From positions 1 through 34,668 of the forward strand of contig DAOWIY010000020.1 of NCBI GenBank assembly GCA_030640665.1: 34,668 nucleotides of DNA. Reading direction: 5' to 3'. The first letter of the stretch is position 1; every line of letters starts with the position of its first letter. Origin of the DNA: Clostridia bacterium (lineage in GTDB: Bacteria; Aerophobota; Aerophobia; Aerophobales; AE-B3A). Positions 1 to 7,749 of this stretch are shown here, piece by piece. The translations under genes were made by a program, and so were the position numbers. The notes under the pieces were generated by a model, which searched no databases, was not told the DNA's origin, and saw only the letters and a program-made list of their open reading frames with translations.

Positions 1-189
1 GTATATTTTTCTTTTTCCTCCACTCGAAGCCTCGTTAAGGTAGCTTCTATAAGCAATCAGAATTGCTTTACGGAATATATAAGGCTCCTTCAGAAAATGT
101 CCTTCGGCAAGCGTATAATAAGAAATGCCTCAGGACATTTCCCGAGTTTCTTGCGAGGCTTTTACTCCCATTTTTTGAAAGGAATAATC

Positions 190-639
190 TTGAAGATTAT
201 ATTAAGAGAAAAAGTTGATAATATTGGAAAAAAGGGAGAGATAGTAGAAGTAGCCAGTGGCTATGCACGAAATTTCCTTCTTCCAAAGAACCTGGCCCTG
301 AGAGCTACTTCCAGTAATGTTAAGCAGTGGGAGGAAAGGAAAAGAGTTGCTCAACAAAAAAAGGAAAGAGGGAAATTGAAAGCTCTGAAAGTAGCAGAGA
401 AACTCAAAAAGGTAAGATTGATATTGCAAAGAGATATGGGGGAGGAAGGAAAATTATTTGGGGTGGTTACTTCTCAGGATATCGTTCAGGAGATTAAGAA
501 AAAATTAAATTTGGAAATAGATCATAGGAAAGTTAATCTAACCGAACCCATTCGAGTTATCGGAATCAAAGAAGTTCTTCTTAAACTGCATCCAGAAGTA
601 GAAATTCCTTTAGAGGTGGAAGTGAAGAAAAAAGGGTGA
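190..639 (+). CDS. rplI: 50S ribosomal protein L9
   Basis: KIILREKVDNIGKKGEIVEVASGYARNFLLPK and GKLFG motifs; true start is TTG at 190 behind AAAGGA, not the ORF-track ATG at 97. Confidence 0.97.
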   Translation: MKIILREKVDNIGKKGEIVEVASGYARNFLLPKNLALRATSSNVKQWEERKRVAQQKKERGKLKALKVAEKLKKVRLILQRDMGEEGKLFGVVTSQDIVQEIKKKLNLEIDHRKVNLTEPIRVIGIKEVLLKLHPEVEIPLEVEVKKKG

Positions 640-640
640 A

Positions 641-1906
641 ATGTCTAAAAAGCAAAATAAAATCTACATTATAGATGTTACCAATAGAGATGGAGTTCAG
701 ACATCTAGATTGGGTTTGGCCAAGTTAGAAAAAACTCTCATTAATCTCTATTTAAATGAGATGGGGATTTACCAGTCAGAATTTGGTTTTCCCTTTACTA
801 ACCACGAGATAAATTACCTTGAGGCTAATCTTGAGCTGGCTAAGATGGGAGTCCTTCGACCTATAATCCTCAGTGGTTGGTGTAGAGCAGTCAAGGACGA
901 TGTGAAGAAGGCTCACCAGATAGGACTCAAACACATCAATATCTCTATTTCCACCTCAGGGCAAATGGTGAAGGGCAAATTTGAAGGCAGAGTAGTAAGA
1001 GATCCTAAAGAGAACCCTTCTAAACCCAGCATAATAGGGATGATGATAGAGGCACTTGAGGAGGCAAAAAAAGGAGGAATGACCGTAGGTGTTAACGCCG
1101 AAGATTCCTCTCGGACCGATGATGAGTTTTTAATAAAATTTGCTCAGACAGCCAAAGAACATGGTGCTGACAGGATAAGATATTGTGATACGCTGGGCTA
1201 CGATGATCCTTTTACCATTTATCAGCGGGTAAAAAATCTGGCTAAAGAGGTTCGAATTCCCATAGAACTTCATTGCCATAATGATCTTGGTGTAGGAGTG
1301 GCCTGTTCAATAGCTGGAGCAAAAGGAGCTATTGAGGCAGGAGTAGACGCTTACATTAATACTACGATTAACGGTATAGGAGAGCGGACAGGAAATGCAG
1401 ACCTTGTTTCTGTAATTTTAGCTTTACGCAAATCCAGTGGCCTGAAAGATTTGAATTTATTGGACGAAAGAGTGAACCTCTCTAAAGCCTGGAGAACTGC
1501 CAAATATGCCTCTTATGCTTTTGGTGTTCCCATCCCCATAAATCAGGTAGGGGTGGGAGGAAATGCCTTTGCTCACGAATCAGGAATTCATGCTAATGGA
1601 GCCTTGAAAGATAGGCGTAACTATGAGCTTTATGATTTTGAGGATTTGGGAAGAGGGGAGCCAGAAATAGTGGAAACGGGTAGAGAGATAACTACAGGAG
1701 AATATGGAGGGATTAAGGGATTTAGAGATGTATATGAGAAATTAGAAATTGAGTTTAAGGATGAAAAAGAGACTTATACAGTTCTGGAGCTGGCTCGCTA
1801 TGCTAATGTACATACACAAAAACCTCTTACTAATGATGAACTTCTCTTTATTGCCCACTATCCAGAGCAAGCTAAGAAAATCCTTACCGTTGCTCCAGCG
1901 ATATAA
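641..1906 (+). CDS. DRE-TIM metallolyase (homocitrate synthase family), probably Re-citrate synthase-like
   Basis: DVTNRDGVQ, YCDTLG, HCHNDLG, NGIGERTGNA and AFAHESGIH motifs; no LeuA regulatory domain. Confidence 0.85.
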   Translation: MSKKQNKIYIIDVTNRDGVQTSRLGLAKLEKTLINLYLNEMGIYQSEFGFPFTNHEINYLEANLELAKMGVLRPIILSGWCRAVKDDVKKAHQIGLKHINISISTSGQMVKGKFEGRVVRDPKENPSKPSIIGMMIEALEEAKKGGMTVGVNAEDSSRTDDEFLIKFAQTAKEHGADRIRYCDTLGYDDPFTIYQRVKNLAKEVRIPIELHCHNDLGVGVACSIAGAKGAIEAGVDAYINTTINGIGERTGNADLVSVILALRKSSGLKDLNLLDERVNLSKAWRTAKYASYAFGVPIPINQVGVGGNAFAHESGIHANGALKDRRNYELYDFEDLGRGEPEIVETGREITTGEYGGIKGFRDVYEKLEIEFKDEKETYTVLELARYANVHTQKPLTNDELLFIAHYPEQAKKILTVAPAI

Positions 1907-1907
1907 T

Positions 1908-1963
1908 TCGTCGCTCGTTGTTCGTATCTCGTATCTCGTATTGCGTGATGCGTATTGCGTATT
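1908..1963 (+). repeat. Degenerate heptamer tandem array (8 units, CG every 7 nt)
   Basis: TCGTCGC TCGTTGT TCGTATC TCGTATC TCGTATT GCGTGAT GCGTATT GCGTATT directly after a stop codon. Confidence 0.9.
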
Positions 1964-2000
1964 TCCTCTCCCCTCTGGGGAGAGGATTGAGGTGAGGGGG
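1964..2000 (+). repeat. REP-like palindromic element (CCTCTCCC...GGGAGAGG...GGTGAGGGG)
   Basis: Hairpin tcctctcccc-tct-ggggagagga plus ggtgagggg tail; related copies at 10381-10409 and 18378-18411. Confidence 0.75.
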
Positions 2001-2038
2001 AAAAAGCCAGTCATTACTTTTATCAGGAGGCAACTTTT

Positions 2039-2269
2039 ATGAAACCAGCTTTATTAAATATTACAGAGATAAAGAGAAAATATCACAATTAATGGGTTCT
2101 CATAGTAGATCCTGTTTATAGTAAAACTCACAAGATAAAAAAGGGGAGAGTCCTTTTCTACAGTGAGGATAGAGAAAAAATTGATAAAGCAATGTTAGAA
2201 AGTAGAGAGAACAATATAGCTATAAGGTATTTAGGTACAGTGGACAAAGATTTATCAGTAATCCTATGA
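2039..2269 (+). pseudogene. Small-protein pseudogene, paralog of 2533..2760 (DUF5678-like)
   Basis: AGGAGG at 2025-2030, ATG 2039, MKPALLNITEIKRKYHN*WVLIVDP...GRVLFYSEDREKI...YLG...; one in-frame TAA at 2090-2092; final TGA overlaps the next ATG (ATGA). Confidence 0.8.
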
Positions 2270-2460
2270 AATATCCTTTTGAAAAGACAGGTTCTTTAAT
2301 AATTATAACCATGAAATTAGAGCATGGTAATAAAACAGCAGATGTAGAAGTAGCCTTAGATACAGGGGCTGTAACCACTATCATAAACAGCAGTATTGCA
2401 GAATATCTAGGTTGTAATCCAGCTGCTTCTCAAAAGAGGAGACGTATAGTAACAGCCTGA
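2266..2460 (+). pseudogene. Truncated retropepsin-like (clan AA) aspartic protease
   Basis: ALDTGA motif; stops at IVTA, where the intact paralog continues ITASG; no GLLG motif. Confidence 0.8.
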
Positions 2461-2532
2461 AGGCTTTCAGAACTCCTCGCAATCAGGCTGTGTCACACAT
2501 TCCGTACCTCAGAACTTATAGAGGAGGCTTTT

Positions 2533-2760
2533 ATGCAAGATAAAATAGAAGACATAATGAAGGAGTATAAGGATGAGTGGCTCTTGATAAAGGTTTTAAA
2601 GACGGATGAATTAGATAGGCCGAGAGAAGGAAAACTGATTTTACACAGCAAAAATAGGGATGAAATTTACGAGAAACAAAGGAAATTGAAAGATGACCTA
2701 TATATAACCTATTCTGGGAAAATTCCTAAAAAAGGATATGCGGTGGCTTTTAATGGCTAA
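2533..2760 (+). CDS. Small protein (DUF5678-like), partner of the downstream protease
   Basis: GAGGAGG RBS; Y-x-x-EWLLI...G-K-LILHS-x-x-RDEIY pattern; overlaps the downstream start. Confidence 0.75.
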   Translation: MQDKIEDIMKEYKDEWLLIKVLKTDELDRPREGKLILHSKNRDEIYEKQRKLKDDLYITYSGKIPKKGYAVAFNG

Positions 2761-3136
2761 GTTAAAGTTCGATCCCAGTCTTCCCGTTATCGTTTTAGAT
2801 GTAACTTTAGAAGGTAAGATAGTAAAAAGAAGGATAAAGATGGCTGTGGATACGGGAGCAACTTACACGATGATTCCATGGGAGATAGCAGAAGCATTGG
2901 GTTATAGACCTGATATCTCTGTACAAAGGGTGACTTTGATCACGGCGAGCGGAATAGAAAGAGCACCTTTAATTAAAATAGATTCGTTAAGAGTATGTAA
3001 TAAAGAAGTTAAGAACGGAAAGGTAATCTGCCATGATTTACCTCAAAAAAGTTATGTTGATGGATTATTAGGTTTAAATACCCTTAAAGAACTTAAGGTA
3101 AAGATAGATTTCGGTGAAGCAACGATAGAAGCCTAA
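2753..3136 (+). CDS. Retropepsin-like (clan AA) aspartic protease
   Basis: AVDTGAT catalytic motif, ITASG flap, DGLLGLN motif; likely start ATG 2753 (MAKLKF). Confidence 0.88.
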   Translation: MAKLKFDPSLPVIVLDVTLEGKIVKRRIKMAVDTGATYTMIPWEIAEALGYRPDISVQRVTLITASGIERAPLIKIDSLRVCNKEVKNGKVICHDLPQKSYVDGLLGLNTLKELKVKIDFGEATIEA

Positions 3137-3244
3137 ACAAGGTTTATTCATCGTTTAATTTTTGGGAATTGTCCAGAAAATGACATAAAATTAAGGAAAA
3201 TTATGAATTCTGTGGTTTTGATATAGGAGACATTCCCGAAATAT

Positions 3245-3288
3245 GTACTTGTAGCTCAGTTGGATAGAGCATCGGATTGCGGATCCGA
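3245..3288 (+). pseudogene. 5' half of tRNA-Arg(GCG)
   Basis: GTACTTG-TA-GCTC-AGTTGGATA-GAGC-A-TCGGA-TTGCGGA-TCCGA gives acceptor 5' strand, D arm and anticodon arm; no T arm or 3' acceptor strand follows. Confidence 0.8.
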
Positions 3289-3404
3289 TTCAAGGCAAAT
3301 TCCAAAAGCAAGACCAGAAGAAGCAAACCTAATTCAGATAAGCTTTCTAGCCAATTTTCTTTTCCTAACCAGTTATATGAATTTATGTGATTTTATAACT
3401 TGCA

Positions 3405-3422
3405 TGGACACTATTTGGACAC
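3405..3422. mobile_element. Putative tyrosine-integrase arm-type site (TGGACAC direct repeat, 11-bp period)
   Basis: tggacac-tatt-tggacac about 120 nt downstream of the tRNA fragment. Confidence 0.45.
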
Positions 3423-3441
3423 CAAAATATAAGGATTAAAA

Positions 3442-3702
3442 ATGAATTATATCCAAATCATAATTGCTATAGTTGCAATATGGGGAGCTGGCTTATCCAC
3501 CTATACAGCTATTAGAAATTCCATAAAAGAAAAGTTTAGGATAAAAGTAGAGTTAGGCTCTGGATTTCTAACAGGTGACAAAATAGCCTTTTTAAAAGCT
3601 GCAAATATAGGTAACCGACCTGTCACTTTATCCTCTTGCGAATTCAGCGTAAAACCAACAATTAAAGAGTATCCAGGAATAGAGGGGAAGAAGATATGCT
3701 AA
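3442..3702 (+). CDS. Hypothetical protein with N-terminal transmembrane helix, possibly truncated
   Basis: AAGGA RBS; hydrophobic IIIAIVAIWGAGLSTYTAI. Confidence 0.6.
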   Translation: MNYIQIIIAIVAIWGAGLSTYTAIRNSIKEKFRIKVELGSGFLTGDKIAFLKAANIGNRPVTLSSCEFSVKPTIKEYPGIEGKKIC

Positions 3703-3899
3703 GGATGGCTGTTGAGTACCTTAGCGATATCCTAGAAAACTGCAAAAAGCTCAAGAACATTTTTAGAGAGAGTATAAAAAAATGCATCTCTTTTATTCCA
3801 GAAATTCTCTACAAGGAAAAAAAGCAAATAGAGGATAAGTTGAATAAGATACCAAAAAATACCAGAACAATCAGAAAAAAGATAGGTTTTGTAGCTTGA
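3696..3899 (+). CDS. Hypothetical protein or gene fragment
   Basis: Short basic ORF overlapping the previous stop; no recognisable motif. Confidence 0.35.
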   Translation: MLRMAVEYLSDILENCKKLKNIFRESIKKCISFIPEILYKEKKQIEDKLNKIPKNTRTIRKKIGFVA

Positions 3900-3923
3900 C
3901 ACTTCAGATTTTTATGCTATCTT
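3896..3923 (+). promoter_or_regulatory. Sigma-70-type promoter
   Basis: TTGACA-N16-TATCTT with TGn extension. Confidence 0.55.
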
Positions 3924-3976
3924 TAAACTAGAATTGACAATTTAATATAGTTATCAGCTCACGCAGGCAGCAATCT

Positions 3977-4039
3977 GGGGGCTGACTCTCAAAGTATTAC
4001 GCTTTTATGTAGTGTTTTGGGGGTCAGCCCCCTTTTTTT
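3977..4039 (+). terminator. Long hairpin plus U-tract (intrinsic terminator, 3' end of candidate sRNA)
   Basis: 24-bp stem 3977-4000/4009-4032, fully paired with G-U wobbles on the + strand, then T7. Confidence 0.85.
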
Positions 4040-4137
4040 ATGGGATTTTCCCATGGGGGACTGGAGAGTTAAAAGAAGAAAGAACAAGAAAGCTCAAGAA
4101 GTTTATTTTTTCAGCTTCGTACATCAAACGTTAACCG

Positions 4138-5505
4138 CTAGCCAAGAAATAATTTCCCCACCTTGTTTATATCCCCTGCGCCTAGAGTAAGTATTAAATC
4201 TCCTTCTTTTGATTCTCTTTTTAAAAAATTGATCATTTCCTTAAAGGTAGGAAAATAATATGTTTGTTTTCTTCGCTTTTCTTTAACTTTTTCAAATAAC
4301 AGTTTTCCGTCTATTCCAGGAAGGGGATTTTCTCCCGCAGCGTAGATGCTGGTTAAAAGAAGAATATCTGCTCTTTCAAAAGAGTGAGCGAATTTAGAAA
4401 GAAGCATTTTAGTTCGGCTGTAACGGTGAGGTTGGAAGATGGCAATTACTCGTCTTCCCAGTCTTGCTGCTGCTTTTAGGGTTACTTCAATCTCGGTAGG
4501 GTGATGAGCATAATCGTCCACTACTAAAATGCCGAATTTTTCTCCTATTACCTCAAACCTTCTTTTTATTCCCTTAAAAAGAGAAAGGGCTTCTTTAATT
4601 TCATTCCATTTTATTCCCAGAGTTATTCCTACGCCAATGCTGGCTAAGGAGTTATATATATTGTGTTTTCCAGGTAAAGAAAGATTTATATTTCCCATAC
4701 TTCTGCCTTTATAGTTAACCTCATAAGAAGAGCCAAATTGTTCCAGTTTTATATTCTCTGCTAAAAGGTGAGCAGGGGAGTTGATTCCATAGATGATTAA
4801 TTTTTGAGAAGCGGCTAAAGAACTTCCTTTTAGAACCTTATCCAGGCCAGGATTATCTTTATTAATAATCAAGGTTCCTCCAGGTTTTAACCTTCTAAGA
4901 AATTGAATAAATGCTCCGAAGAGCCTAGCCTCCGAGCCATAATAGTCCAGATGATCATCTTCTAAGCTTGTAAGAACCGAGATTTTGGGAGAGAGAAATA
5001 AAAAAGAGCCATCAGATTCATCACTTTCTGCCACTACATATTCGCTCTTGCCTAATTGGCTATTGCCGCCAATATCATTAAGTTCCCCCCCAATAAACAT
5101 AGTAGGATTTTTACCTCCTCGGTGAAGAAGCGAGCAGATGAGAGAAGTAGTAGTAGTTTTTCCATGAGTTCCAGCGACAACAATCCCTTCCTTTTCATTG
5201 ACCAGCTCACCCAAAAGGGCACCTCTTGAGATAAGAGGAATTTTTTTTCTTTTTGCTTCTTGAACTTCAGGATTGAGAGAAGGGATGGTGGAAGAGGTTA
5301 CTACTAAGTCGGCTCCTGCAAGATGAGAAGAGATGTGTCCCTGATAAATAGTTGCTCCTCTTTTCTCCAGGTGCTCTGTAAGGGTGTTCTTTTTTCTATC
5401 CGAGCCACTAATGAGGTATCCTTTCTCTAACAGCACTTTAGCTAACCCACTCATTCCAATTCCCCCGATGCCTATAAAATGGATGGATCGAACCCCTTTT
5501 AGCAT
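4138..5505 (-). CDS. murC: UDP-N-acetylmuramate--L-alanine ligase
   Basis: HFIGIGGIGMSGLA, GTHGKTTT, ESDESDGSF, DDYAHHPTE, FQPHRYSR. Confidence 0.97.
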   Translation of the reverse strand: MLKGVRSIHFIGIGGIGMSGLAKVLLEKGYLISGSDRKKNTLTEHLEKRGATIYQGHISSHLAGADLVVTSSTIPSLNPEVQEAKRKKIPLISRGALLGELVNEKEGIVVAGTHGKTTTTSLICSLLHRGGKNPTMFIGGELNDIGGNSQLGKSEYVVAESDESDGSFLFLSPKISVLTSLEDDHLDYYGSEARLFGAFIQFLRRLKPGGTLIINKDNPGLDKVLKGSSLAASQKLIIYGINSPAHLLAENIKLEQFGSSYEVNYKGRSMGNINLSLPGKHNIYNSLASIGVGITLGIKWNEIKEALSLFKGIKRRFEVIGEKFGILVVDDYAHHPTEIEVTLKAAARLGRRVIAIFQPHRYSRTKMLLSKFAHSFERADILLLTSIYAAGENPLPGIDGKLLFEKVKEKRRKQTYYFPTFKEMINFLKRESKEGDLILTLGAGDINKVGKLFLG

Positions 5506-6614
5506 AGCTTTTTCCCCATCTCACAGACTAACTCCGCCATTTTCCTGGCAGCTTGAGGTCTGCCTAACTTCTTACTTTGTCTACTCATTTTTTCAAGCAG
5601 AGGTTTGTTGCCTATTAAGTCTAAAAGTAATTTTTTTAGCCTTTCTTTAGTAAGGTTCTTTTCAATAATAATACAGGCTGCTCCTTTTTCCTGTAGGATT
5701 TTAGCGTTCTTGTATTGATGTCCTTCTGCAGCATAAGGATAAGGGATGAGGATACTGGGTAGTCCCAGGGCAGTAATCTCAGCTATAGCTCCCGCTCCAC
5801 TTCGGCAGATGACCAAGTCAGAAGCGGCGTAAGCATATCGTATTTCCTCTAAGTAGGGAAAAGTCAAGGATTTAATCTCCAAAGATTTAAGGAAGTCTCT
5901 TGCCCATTTTACATCGTTTCTTCCAGTGATAAATATTACCTGAATTTCTGTAGCTATCTTTTCTTTATCTAATAGTTTAATCGCTTCTGCTCCAGATTTA
6001 TTTAGACTGTGAGCTCCTTGACTGCCTCCCAGGAAAAGAAGGGTAAATTTGTTTTTGTCTAAATCGAGCTTCTTTATTCCTTCTTCTCTTTTTGCCTTGA
6101 GAATTTCAGAGCGGATGGGATTACCAATGAGCTGGATCCTATTTTTTACTCTTCGGGACAGATACTCATTTGTTTGAGCCCAACTGGTGGCTATTTTTGA
6201 GGCGTACCAGGAAAGAAACCTGTTGGTAAGGGAGGGATATACATTCTGTTCACATATAAGGCTCCGAATACCAAAAAGGAAAGCAAGCGTCACCACCGGA
6301 TATGAGTGAAAACTACCCATTCCTATTACTATGGACGGTTTAAATTGCCAGAGAATGAGGAAAGATTGGAAAAAGGATACCACCAGGCTTACCCCAAAGC
6401 TGACCCATTTTATAGATAAGGCTCTGGGAAAAGTTTGAGTCTTTATCTGCTTGAATTCAAATCCCTGCAAGGGGATAAGCTCTCTCTCCAAATCTTTTTT
6501 TCCTGCTACCCAGAGGATACGGCTAACTAAATGGTGTTCTTTGAGGTAAGAGGCTATGGCTAAGGCTGGATAAAGATGGCCTCCTGTGCCCCCGGCGGCT
6601 ATTAAGATTCTCAT
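5499..6614 (-). CDS. murG: Lipid II N-acetylglucosaminyltransferase
   Basis: AGGTGGHLYP, EQN, GNPIR, GGSQGA, CRSGA, HQYKNA. Confidence 0.97.
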   Translation of the reverse strand: MRILIAAGGTGGHLYPALAIASYLKEHHLVSRILWVAGKKDLERELIPLQGFEFKQIKTQTFPRALSIKWVSFGVSLVVSFFQSFLILWQFKPSIVIGMGSFHSYPVVTLAFLFGIRSLICEQNVYPSLTNRFLSWYASKIATSWAQTNEYLSRRVKNRIQLIGNPIRSEILKAKREEGIKKLDLDKNKFTLLFLGGSQGAHSLNKSGAEAIKLLDKEKIATEIQVIFITGRNDVKWARDFLKSLEIKSLTFPYLEEIRYAYAASDLVICRSGAGAIAEITALGLPSILIPYPYAAEGHQYKNAKILQEKGAACIIIEKNLTKERLKKLLLDLIGNKPLLEKMSRQSKKLGRPQAARKMAELVCEMGKKLC

Positions 6615-7738
6615 CTTTTCCGCATTCTACTCCTTCTCCAGCTATAAATTACTGGTGTGGCCACAAAAATGGAGGAATATGTTCCTATTACTATTCCTAC
6701 TAAAAGAGCAAAGGCAAATCCATGGATTACGGCTCCTCCCCAGAGGAATAAAATTAGAACCACCAGGAAAGTAGTTAAGGAGGTGATAACCGTGCGAGAT
6801 AAAGACTGATTGATGCCCAGGTTGAGAATCTTTTTAGAGGATGTTCTTTTCTTTCGGTAGACCTCAGAATTTTCCCGAATTCTGTCATAGACAACAATGG
6901 TATCGTTCAAGGAATAGCCAATTATGGTAAGTAGAGCAGCTATTATAGGAAGGGTAAATTCATAACCTCCCAGGGTTAGGGCTCCTACGCTGATGAAGAC
7001 ATCATGAACCAGGGCAACTACTGCTCCCACAGCAAACCTTAACTCAAACCTCCAGGCAATGTAGGCGAGCATGCCTACCAGGGCAAAGATTATGGCTAAA
7101 ATAGCATCTTTCCGAAGCTCCTTACTCACTTGAGGACTTATGAAATTGGAGCCCTCAAGTGAGAATGTGTTTTTTTCTCCCCCAAACTCTTTTTTTATAG
7201 CTTCTTCAATTTTTGCACTTGCTTTTATAGGAATGATGCGGTAAAGAATAAGAGAAGCGAGAGAGTCTTCTGTTGCCTGGTTAATATCAATTCTCTCTTC
7301 TTGGGAGGGGTCAAGGGTGAAGAAATTGGCTAGATTTTCATATCCTAGTGCCTCTATTTCAGGAATATTTTTGAGTTCCTCCAGACTTGTAAATTTACCT
7401 TGTTTTTCTCGATAAGCAATTATTTTTGAGGCTATATTCTGAGAAGCTTCCTCTACTTTATGTTTTATAAGGATAAGATTTTCTTCTTTTCTACCATATT
7501 GCTGTATGACTGCTTTGCTTAAACCAATTTCAGCCAGGACCCCTCTTATCCAAGCAATAGAAGGAGATTCACTGAACTTAAGATGAACTTCAACTCCCCC
7601 TGTGAAGTCCAGGCCCAGTTTTAATCCTCCTCTTGAAATAATCAAAAAAAGAGTAGCGGCTATCATTATCCCTGAGATGATGAAAGCTTTCTTCCTTAAG
7701 GCAATAAAATCTATCTTTGTTTCTCCAAAAAATCGCAT
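6611..7738 (-). CDS. secF: Protein translocase subunit SecF with extracytoplasmic helix-hairpin-helix insertion
   Basis: GLDFTGG, GYSLNDTIVVYDRIRE, SRTVITSLTT, GTYSSIFVA; extra ~70 aa at residues ~97-165. Confidence 0.95.
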   Translation of the reverse strand: MRFFGETKIDFIALRKKAFIISGIMIAATLFLIISRGGLKLGLDFTGGVEVHLKFSESPSIAWIRGVLAEIGLSKAVIQQYGRKEENLILIKHKVEEASQNIASKIIAYREKQGKFTSLEELKNIPEIEALGYENLANFFTLDPSQEERIDINQATEDSLASLILYRIIPIKASAKIEEAIKKEFGGEKNTFSLEGSNFISPQVSKELRKDAILAIIFALVGMLAYIAWRFELRFAVGAVVALVHDVFISVGALTLGGYEFTLPIIAALLTIIGYSLNDTIVVYDRIRENSEVYRKKRTSSKKILNLGINQSLSRTVITSLTTFLVVLILFLWGGAVIHGFAFALLVGIVIGTYSSIFVATPVIYSWRRSRMRKR

Positions 7739-7749
7739 TAGAGTTTCTC

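Noticed and set aside
97-189. N-terminal extension of L9 in the ORF track
   Set aside because: Runs through repeat and promoter DNA; the canonical L9 start is TTG 190 with an RBS
1742-2042. Short ORFs 1742..2014(-) and 1749..2042(+)
   Set aside because: Shadow frames over the synthase 3' end and heptamer repeats, giving repetitive peptides
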